Assembly: GCA_032718475.1 (NCBI GenBank)
Contig: JAUCBJ010004307.1
Coordinates: 1 to 44,924 of the forward strand
Source: Nemertoderma westbladi
Taxonomy: Eukaryota; Animalia; Xenacoelomorpha
Direction: 5' to 3'
DNA length: 44,924 bases
How positions within the stretch are numbered: the first letter of the stretch is position 1; each line of letters begins with the position of its first letter. This document shows, one piece after another, positions 34,738 to 44,924 of this stretch. The position numbers were made by a program, and so were the translations under genes. The notes beneath the pieces were generated by a model. The model ran no database searches and was not told the DNA's origin. It was given only the letters and a program-made list of their open reading frames with translations.

Positions 34738-35540
34738 ACTATTAGAATGCCACCCCAAATTAAATGATTTCACACCAAAAAAAATTATTTTGCACCAAAT
34801 ATATTTTTTTCTAACACCAATTTACATCCCCCAATTTTGAAAATCTCTCTCATCAAAAACAATAATTCATCCACAGAAAACAATAATTCATCCCCAGAAA
34901 ACAATATTTCATCCCCAAAAACAATTATTCACTCCCCCCAAAACAATTATTCATTCCCCAAAAAATTATGTGTACAATACAAAGACCCAATTATAAAGAC
35001 CTTCATAATCTTGAAACATGTCTTAACTTTCGTTTATTGTTTTGGTTTCCCCAATACACCTCAGTAACCTGCTCCTTTAATAAACCTGTTCCTTTAAACG
35101 GCAAGGGGACATAACGCTCTTTGGAACCAAATGCGACTTTACCTCTTTGTTTTGTACAGAACGGGCACTAAAGTCTTGGGACTATGTTTTGTATTCACCC
35201 GACGATCCTGGTACCAATAGTCTGCAACCGAGAGTTTGTAACTAAGAGTCTGTTTATTTTGGTAGAATATATGATTATTTTGGGGGATTATGTATCTATT
35301 TTGGGGGATTATGTATTTATTTTGGGGGAAAATGTATTTTATTTATTCTTAGGAAAATTTTTATTTATTTTGGTGTTTGAATAATTTTATTTGGGGTGAC
35401 TTTATTTTATTTGGTGTTGAATAATTTTTTTGGGGTAACATTATTTAAATTGGTGTAATACTGCATAATTTTTTAATGAAAATGTTCATAAATTTTGGTG
35501 TGACTTAAATTAAATTGGTAGCCCATTTTAAATTAGAGTT
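34738..35540. mobile_element. Old foldback-like element with inverted arms of short subrepeats
   Basis: Left arm rich in ccccaaaa/cacc units and right arm rich in ttttgggg/ggtg units. Degenerate terminal similarity (…tcacaccaaaa vs ttttggtgtga…). Confidence 0.5.
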
Positions 35541-35863
35541 AAGGATTGATTAACCAACAACAAAACCAAAATAATAAACCATTAATTTTTACTTGATGGA
35601 TACGAGTTGTCTGTATACACATTAATTAATGGAATTACAATAATAATTACATAGAAAGACACTGCCTATTATTGTTACTATTATTGGTACTATTGTAATA
35701 ACGGGATGTACGGTACATTAAAGTGCCTAACGGTGGCCCTACTCAACTAGTCTGAGTGTCTGCAGTACTAAACGGAGGGACGGTACATTAAAGTACTACC
35801 CGGACTCAACTACTGTAGTTTGTGTGTCTGCAGTACTAACGAGAATAATTATGATTCTTACAG

Positions 35864-36053
35864 CATCGGAATAGGATTCGCTAAATCATACATTGACCAA
35901 TTTGCAAAAGTTCTCGCCAGCGGAGCATCAAAAGAAATCTACAATGTTTTGAAGACAACAAAGCTAGTAAAACCAAAGAGAATATTGCAGGTACTAAAGA
36001 ATATTGAATGGGCCAAGAACAACTTTGACCATATGGTTACATGGACATTATAG
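35864..36053 (+). CDS. Host aminopeptidase gene, last coding exon
   Basis: Branch point TACTAAC (35834-35840), acceptor ttcttacag|, phase 2 in frame. Ends NIEWAKNNFDHMVTWTL*, typical of the NI.W...N...I..WL end of APN-like proteins. AATAAA lies at 36429-36434. Confidence 0.75.
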
Positions 36054-36819
36054 GTTACATATTATAATCTACATATAGATTATTGGTTACATGGACATTA
36101 TAGACTGATTATTCGATTATTATTTGTAACTTTATAGGTTTATTTATTCGGTGCACTACTGTAGCTTGGTTTTAAAGTTAGAGTCACCAAGATTCAGTCA
36201 CCTCATACATCGGCTGCTAGGTAAGCGAACCTCACTGCACCCCGTCGTGGTGATTCCGTGACTGTTGAGTTCCTACTGGGTGCGGGTAACCGACTGCAGT
36301 CATCTAGGAGTCGCGATCCGATTGGTTCCGCCTCCAATGCCCATCCCGATTGGAGGAATCACGGAGTCCAACATTGTTACCAACCTCTCTGCCAGGCCTA
36401 TAGTTTTGCTCTAGTTACTTGGAGAAAGAATAAACCACTTTAGTTAGTTTACACTTTCCATTAAAACTTAATAATTAATTTAAATCTTCCCGATACGTTA
36501 TTTCCACCCCCAAATAGTTAGTTAATTGGTAATAAACTACAACGCCTTTAAACGAACCTGCCCATCAAACCAGTACCCTGAGTGAGCTGTTCCGGTTCTC
36601 TAAAAATTCGACGAAGCTGAGAGAAAAAAAATGGTCTATTTGATCTCCCAGCCACTATTACTTGGACAGATAACAATGAATTATTATATATTAAGATGGA
36701 AATTTAATAGTCAAAGGGAAGGGACTTACTTTGTTGACGAAGTTAGATTTGTTATATCTATTATTATGATGTTGAATAAAGTGTTTTTAATTTGTTTATT
36801 TTCAAAAGCCTTTAAACAC

Positions 36820-39800
36820 TTTCCCCTGGTATGCAGATAATATCTATTCCCCTGGTGTGGGCGGAACAATGCAGATAATATCTATTCCCCTGGTATGGGC
36901 GGAACAATGCAGACAATGTATATTCCCCTGGTATGGGCGGAACAATGCAGACAATATCTATTCCCCTGGTATGGGCGGAACAATGCAGACAATGTATATT
37001 CCCCTGGTATGGGCGGAACTATGCAGATAATATCTATTCCCCTGGTATGGGCGGCACCATGCAGACAATATATATTCCCCTGATATGGGCGGAACAATGC
37101 AGACAATATCTATTCCCCTGGTATGGGCGGAACAATGCAGACAATGTATATTCCCCTGGTATGGGCGGAACAATGCAGACAATATCGATTCCCCTGGTGT
37201 GGGCGGCACCATGCAGACAATATATATTCCCCTGATGTGGGCGGCACCATGCAGACAATATATATTCCCCTGGTATGGCGGCACAATGCATACAATATCT
37301 ATTCCTCTGGTATGGGCGGAACAATGCAGACAATATCGATTCCCCTGGTGTGGGCGGCACCATGCAGACAATATATATTCCCCTGATGTGGGCGGCACCA
37401 TGCAGACAATATATATTCCCCTGGTATGGCGGCACAATGCATACAATATCTATTCCTCTGGTATGGGCGGAACAATGCAGACAATATCGATTCCCCTGGT
37501 GTGGGCGGCACCATACAGACAATATATATTCCCCTGATATGGGCGGAACAATGCAGACAATATCTATTCCCCTGGTATGGCGGCACAATGCAGACAATAT
37601 CTATTCCCCTGGTATGGGCGGAACAATGCAGACAATATCGATTCCCCTGGTGTGGGCGGCACCATGCAGACAATATATATTCCCCTGATATGGGCGGCAC
37701 AATGCAGACAATATCTATTCCCCTGGTATGGGCGGAACAATGCAGACAATATCGATTCCTCTGGTGTGGGCGGCACCATGCAGACAATATATATTCCCCT
37801 GATATGGGCGGCACAATGCAGACAATATCTATTCCCCTGGTATGGGCGGAACAATGCAGACAATATCTATTCCCCTGGTATGGGCGGCACCATGCAGACA
37901 ATATCTATTCCCCTGGTATGGGCGGAACAATGCGGACAATATATATTCCCCTGGTATGGGCGGAACAATGCAGACAATATATATTCCCCTGGTATGGGCG
38001 GAACAATGCGGACAATATATATTCCCCTGGTATGGGCGGAACAATGCAGACAATATATATTCCCCTGGTATGGGCGGAACAATGCAGACAATATATATTC
38101 CCCTGGTATGGGCGGAACAATGCGGACAATATATATTCCCCTGTTATGGGCGGAACAATGCAGACAATATATATTCCCCTGGTATGGGCGGCACCATGCA
38201 GACAATATATATTCCCCTGGTATGGGCGGAACAATGCAGAAAATATATATTCCCCTGGTATGGGCGGAACAATGCAGACAATATCGATTCCCCTGGTATG
38301 GGCGGAACAATGCAGACAATATCGATTCCCCTGGTGTGGGCGGCACCATGCAGACAATATATATTCCCCTGAAATGGGCGGCACAATGCAGACAATATCT
38401 ATTCCCCTGGTATGGGCGGAACAATGCAGACAATATCGATTCCCCTGGTATGGGCGGTACAATGCAGACAATATCTATTCCCCTGACGTGGGCGGCACCA
38501 TGCAGATAATATCTATTCCCCTGGTATGGGCGGTACAATGCAGACAATATCTATTCCCCTGACGTGGGCGGCACCATGCAGATAATATCTATTCCCCTGG
38601 TATGGGCGGAACAATGCAGACAATATATATTCCCCTGGTATGGGCGGAACAATGCAGACAATATCGATTCCCCTGGTGTGGGCGGCACCATGCAGACAAT
38701 ATATATTCCCCTGAAATGGGCGGCACAATGCAGACAATATCTATTCTCCTGGTGTGGGCGGCACCATGCAGACAATATCTAATCCCCTGGTATGGGCGGA
38801 ACAATGCGGACAATATATATTCCCCTGGTATGGGCGGCAACATGCAGACAATATATATTCCCCTGATATGGGCGGAACAATGCAGACAATATCTATTCCC
38901 TTGGTATGGCGGCACAATGCAGACAATATCTATTCCCCTGGTTTGGGCGGAACAATGCAGACAATATTGATTCCCCTGGTGTGGGCGGCACCATGCAGAC
39001 AATATATATTCCCCTGATGTGGGCGGCACAATGCAGACAATATCTATTCCCCTGATGTGGGCGGCACCATACAGACAATATCTATTCCCCTGGTATGGGC
39101 GGAACAATGCAGAAAATATCTATTCCCCTGGTGTGGGCGGCACCATGCAGACAATATCTATTCCCCTGGTGTGGGCGGCACCATGCAGACAATATCTATT
39201 CCCCTGGTATGGGCGGAACAATGCAGACAATATATATCCCCCTGGTGTGGGCGGCACCATGCAGACAATATCTATTCCCCTGGTATGGGCGGAACAATGC
39301 AGACAATATCTATTCCCCTGGTATGGGCGGCACCATGCAGACAATATCTATTCCCCTGGTATGGGCGGAACAATGCAGACAATATATATCCCCCTGGTGT
39401 GGGCGGCACCATGCAGACAATATCTATTCCCCTGGTATGGGCGGAACAATGCAGACAATATCTATTCCCCTGGTATGGGCGGAACAATGCAGACAATATC
39501 TATTCCCCTGGTATGGGCGGAACAATGCAGACAATATCTATTCCCCTGGTATGGCGGCACAATGCAGACACTATCTATTCTCCTGATATGGGCGGAACAA
39601 TGCAGACAATATCTATTTCCCCTGGTATGGGCGGAACAATGCAGACAATATCTATTCCCATGGTATGGGCGGAACAATGCAGACAATATATATTCCCCTG
39701 GTATGGGCGGGACAATGCAGACAATATCGATTCCCCTGGTGTGGGCGGCACCATGCAGACAATATATATTCCCCTGATATGGGCGGCACAATGCAGACAA

Positions 39801-42800
39801 TATCTATTCCCCTGGTATGGGCGGAACAATGCAGACAATATCTATTCCACTGGTATGGGCGGAACAATGCAGACAATATATATTCCCCTGGTATGGGCGG
39901 CACAATGCAGACAATATCTATTCCCCTGGTATGGGCGGAACAATGCAGACAATATCTATTCCCCTGGTATGGGCGGCCCCATGCAGACAATATATATTCC
40001 CCTGATATGGGCGGCACAATGCAGACAATATCTATTCCCCTGGTGTGGGCGGCACCATGCAGACAATATCTATTCCCCTGGTATGGGCGGAACAATGCAG
40101 ACAATATCTATTCCACTGGTATGGGCGGAACAATGCAGACAATATATATTCCCCTGGTATGGGCGGCACAATGCAGACAATATCTATTCCCCTGGTATGG
40201 GCGGAACAATGCAGACAATATCTATTCCACTGGTATGGGCGGAACAATGCAGACAATATATATTCCCCTGGTATGGGCGGCACAATGCAGACAATATCTA
40301 TTCCCCTGGTATGGGCGGCCCCATGCAGACAATATATATTCCCCTGATATGGGCGGCACAATGCAGACAATATCTATTCCCCTGGTATGGGCGGAACAAT
40401 GCAGACAATATCTATTCCCCTGGTATGGGCGGCCCCATGCAGACAATATATATTCCCCTGATATGGGCGGCACAATGCAGACAATATATATTCCCCTGGT
40501 ATGGGCGGAACAATGCAGACAATATCTATTCCACTGGTATGGGCGGAACAATGCAGACAATATATATTCCCCTGGTATGGGCCGCACAATGCAGACAATA
40601 TATATTCCCCTGGTATGGGCGGCACAATGCAGACAATATCTATTCCCCTGGTATGGGCGGAACAATGCAGACAATATCTATTCCCCTGGTATGGGCGGCA
40701 CAATGCAGACAATATCTATTCCCCTGGTATGGGCGGAACAATGCAGACAATATATATTCCCCTGGTATGGGCGGCACAATGCAGACAATATATATTCCCC
40801 TGGTATGGGCGGCACAATGCAGACAATATCTATTCCCCTGGTATGGGCGGAACAATGCAGACAATATCTATTCCCCTGGTATGGGCGGCACAATGCAGAC
40901 AATATCTATTCCCCTGGTGTGGGCGGCACCATGCAGACAATATCTATCCCCCTGGTATGGGCGGCACAATGCAGACAATATCTATTCCCCTGGTATGGGC
41001 GGAACAATGCAGACAATATCTATTCCCCTGGTATGGGCGGCCCCATGCAGACAATATATATTCCCCTGATATGGGCGGCACAATGCAGACAATATATATT
41101 CCCCTGGTATGGGCGGAACAATGCAGACAATATCTATTCCACTGGTATGGGCGGCCCCATGCAGACAATATATATTCCCCTGGTATGGGCGGAACAATGC
41201 AGACAATATATATTCCCCTGGTATGGGCGGCACAATGCAGACAATATATATTCCCCTGGTATGGGCGGCACAATGCAGACAATATCTATTCCCCTGGTAT
41301 GGGCGGAACAATGCAGACAATATCTATTCCCCTGGTATGGGCGGCCCCATGCAGACAATATATATTCCCCTGATATGGGCGGCACAATGCAGACAATATA
41401 TATTCCCCTGGTATGGGCGGAACAATGCAGACAATATCTATTCCACTGGTATGGGCGGAACAATGCAGACAATATATATTCCCCTGGTATGGGCCGCACA
41501 ATGCAGACAATATATATTCCCCTGGTATGGGCGGCACAATGCAGACAATATCTATTCCCCTGGTATGGGCGGAACAATGCAGACAATATCTATTCCCCTG
41601 GTATGGGCGGCACAATGCAGACAATATCTATTCCCCTGGTATGGGCGGAACAATGCAGACAATATATATTCCCCTGGTATGGGCGGCACAATGCAGACAA
41701 TATATATTCCCCTGGTATGGGCGGCACAATGCAGACAATATCTATTCCCCTGGTATGGGCGGAACAATGCAGACAATATCTATTCCCCTGGTATGGGCGG
41801 CACAATGCAGACAATATCTATTCCCCTGGTGTGGGCGGCACCATGCAGACAATATCTATCCCCCTGGTATGGGCGGCACAATGCAGACAATATCTATTCC
41901 CCTGGTATGGGCGGAACAATGCAGACAATATCTATTCCCCTGGTATGGGCGGCCCCATGCAGACAATATATATTCCCCTGATATGGGCGGCACAATGCAG
42001 ACAATATATATTCCCCTGGTATGGGCGGAACAATGCAGACAATATCTATTCCACTGGTATGGGCGGCCCCATGCAGACAATATATATTCCCCTGGTATGG
42101 GCGGAACAATGCAGACAATATATATTCCCCTGGTATGGGCGGCACAATGCAGACAATATATATTCCCCTGGTATGGGCGGCACAATGCAGACAATATCTA
42201 TTCCCCTGGTATGGGCGGAACAATGCAGACAATATCTATTCCCCTGGTATGGGCGGCCCCATGCAGACAATATATATTCCCCTGATATGGGCGGCACAAT
42301 GCAGACAATATATATTCCCCTGGTATGGGCGGAACAATGCAGACAATATCTATTCCACTGGTATGGGCGGAACAATGCAGACAATATATATTCCCCTGGT
42401 ATGGGCCGCACAATGCAGACAATATATATTCCCCTGGTATGGGCGGCACAATGCAGACAATATCTATTCCCCTGGTATGGGCGGAACAATGCAGACAATA
42501 TCTATTCCCCTGGTATGGGCGGCACAATGCAGACAATATCTATTCCCCTGGTATGGGCGGAACAATGCAGACAATATATATTCCCCTGGTATGGGCGGCA
42601 CAATGCAGACAATATATATTCCCCTGGTATGGGCGGCACAATGCAGACAATATCTATTCCCCTGGTATGGGCGGAACAATGCAGACAATATCTATTCCCC
42701 TGGTATGGGCGGCACAATGCAGACAATATCTATTCCCCTGGTGTGGGCGGCACCATGCAGACAATATCTATCCCCCTGGTATGGGAGGCACAATGCAGAC

Positions 42801-44293
42801 AATATCTATTCCCCTGACGTGGGCGGCACCATGCAGACAATATCGATTCCCCTGGTATGGGCGGAACAATGCAGACAATATCTATTCCCCTGGTATGGGC
42901 GGAACAATGCAGACAATATATATTCCCCTGGTATGGGCGGCACCATGCAGACAATATCTATTCCCCTGGTATGGGCGGCACAATGCAGACAATATCTATT
43001 CCCCTGGTATGGGCGGAACAATGCAGACAATATCTATTCATTCCCCTGGTATGGGCGGAACAATGCAGACAATATCTATTCCCCTGGTGTGGGCGGCACC
43101 ATGCAGACAATATCTATTCCCCTGGTATGGGCGGAACAATGCAGACAATATCTATTCCACTGGTATGGGCGGAACAATGCAGACAATATATATTCCCCTG
43201 GTATGGGCGGCACAATGCAGACAATATCTATTCCCCTGGTATGGGCGGAACAATGCAGAAAATATCTATTCCACTGGTATGGGCGGAACAATGCAGACAA
43301 TATATATTCCCCTGGTATGGGCGGCACAATGCAGACAATATCTATTCCCCTGGTATGGGCGGCCCCATGCAGACAATATATATTCCCCTGATATGGGCGG
43401 CACAATGCAGACAATATCTATTCCCCTGTTATGGCGGCACAATGCAGACACTAAATATTCTCCTGGTATGGGCGGAATAATGCAGACAATATCTATTTCC
43501 CCTGGTATGGGCGGAACAATGCAGACAATATATATTCCCCTGGTGTGGGCGGAACAATGCAGACAATAACGATTCCCCTGGTGTGGGCGGCACCATGCAG
43601 ACAATATCTATTCCCCTGGTATGGGCGGAACAATGCAGACAATATCTATTCCCCTGGTATGGGCGGAACAATGCAGACAATATCTATTCCCCTGGTATGG
43701 GCGGAACAATGCAGACAATATATATTCCCCTGGTATGGGCGGAACAATGCAGACAATATCTATTCCCCTGGTATGGGCGGAACAATGCAGACAATATCTA
43801 TTCCCCTGGTATGGGCGGCACCATGCAGACAATATCTATTCCCCTGGTATGGGCGGAACAATGCAGACAATATCTATTCCCCTGGTATGGGCGGAACAAT
43901 GCAGACAATATCTATTCCCCTGGTATGGGCGGAACAATGCAGACAATATCTATTCCCCTGGTATGGGCGGCACCATGCAGACAATATCTATTCCCCTGGT
44001 ATGGGCGGAACAATGCAGACAATAACGATTCCCCTGGTGTGGGCGGCACCATGCAGACAATATCTATTCCCCTGGTATGGGCGGAACAATGCAGACAATA
44101 TCTATTCCCCTGGTATGGGCGGAACAATGCAGACAATATATATTCCCCTGGTATGGGCGGCACCATGCAGACCTTATCTATTCCCCTGGTATGGGCGGCA
44201 CAATGCAGACAATATATATTCCCCTGGTATGGGCGGAACAATGCAGACAATATCTATTCCCCTGGTATGGGCGGCACCATGCAGACAATATCT
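36820..44293. repeat. 38-bp satellite array (tattcccctggtatgggcggaacaatgcagacaatatc), about 195 copies, with higher-order structure
   Basis: Direct periodicity. The variant gggccgc recurs at 40581, 41493 and 42405 (912 bp = 24 units). Confidence 0.97.
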
Positions 44294-44400
44294 AGGTTCG
44301 CAAGAATTACAGAAAGCCTATTACAAACTCTAATGACCTATCGTACTATCAGCTAGAGCCAATGTCAATGTGCACATACATACTTACTCATGCCTACGTA

Positions 44401-44639
44401 CTCGACTCGATAGGTTCGACTCCGCTCGATCGGTCCAACTCGGCTCGATAGGTTCGACTCCGCTCGATCGGTCCAACTCGGCTCGATAGGTTCGACGCGG
44501 CTCGATCGGTCCAACTCGACTCGATCGGTTCGACTCGACTCGATAGGTTCGACTCCGCTCGATCGGTCCAACTCGGCTCGATAGGTTCGACGCGGCTCGA
44601 TCGGTCCAACTCGGCTCGATAGGTTCGACGCGGCTCGAT
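44401..44639. repeat. 19-bp monomer / 38-bp dimer CpG-rich tandem repeat (ctcgataggttcgactccg / ctcgatcggtccaactcgg)
   Basis: ctcgat recurs at 44406, 44425, 44444 and onward, about 12 monomers. Confidence 0.9.
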
Positions 44640-44924
44640 GGAAAAATATGAAAAAAAGTGAAAAAAGTAAAATAAATTATTTTTGGTGGAATTTTAATTT
44701 TACTTTAAAATTTAAATATAATAATAATAATTTATATAATTACTATAAAAACTTAAATTTATTACATGTGTTGAAAGAACATTGACGTAGAAAAGGTTTG
44801 CACGTAATTTGAGCAAAATACATTCAAACACTTAAAAGTTATTGCAACTTCAGTGTCTGCAAGGTGTACTCCAAAACGGAACTCAATATCCAATATTGGT
44901 TTATGTTGTTGTTAGCTAAGCGAC

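Noticed and set aside
36882-44356. Dozens of long ORFs (up to 1050 aa) on both strands
   Set aside because: They are translations of a 38-bp satellite (period not divisible by 3, same peptide in all frames), not genes.

Overview
This is eukaryotic (most likely invertebrate animal) genomic DNA. The + strand carries the last three exons (14319-14950, 21225-21386, 35864-36053) of an M1-family aminopeptidase (aminopeptidase N/ERAP1-like C-terminal domain), with matching phase-2 splice junctions. Two related BEL/Pao LTR retrotransposons lie antisense to this gene. Element A (window start-13437) is a tandem LTR-internal-LTR-internal structure sharing a central LTR, and it carries a TTAA-flanked Kolobok-type MITE. 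Element B (21521-34695, TSD GTATC) is a non-autonomous copy lacking RT and the integrase core, with an intact 258-aa extra ORF and a 1.3-kb hairpin-rich insertion. The rest consists of a tRNA-derived SINE fragment, a hammerhead-ribozyme-like motif, a 235-bp solo LTR, foldback elements and four minisatellites (36, 55, 38 and 19 bp units). Main observation: neither element has a tRNA primer-binding site. Instead, the 11-12 nt just inside the 5' LTR are complementary to a segment of the element's own LTR, at the same position in both elements, although the two sequences differ. This covariation suggests tRNA-independent self-primed reverse transcription in a BEL/Pao lineage. A covarying U5 stem-loop accompanies it. 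The hundreds of ORFs over the minisatellites are artefacts.
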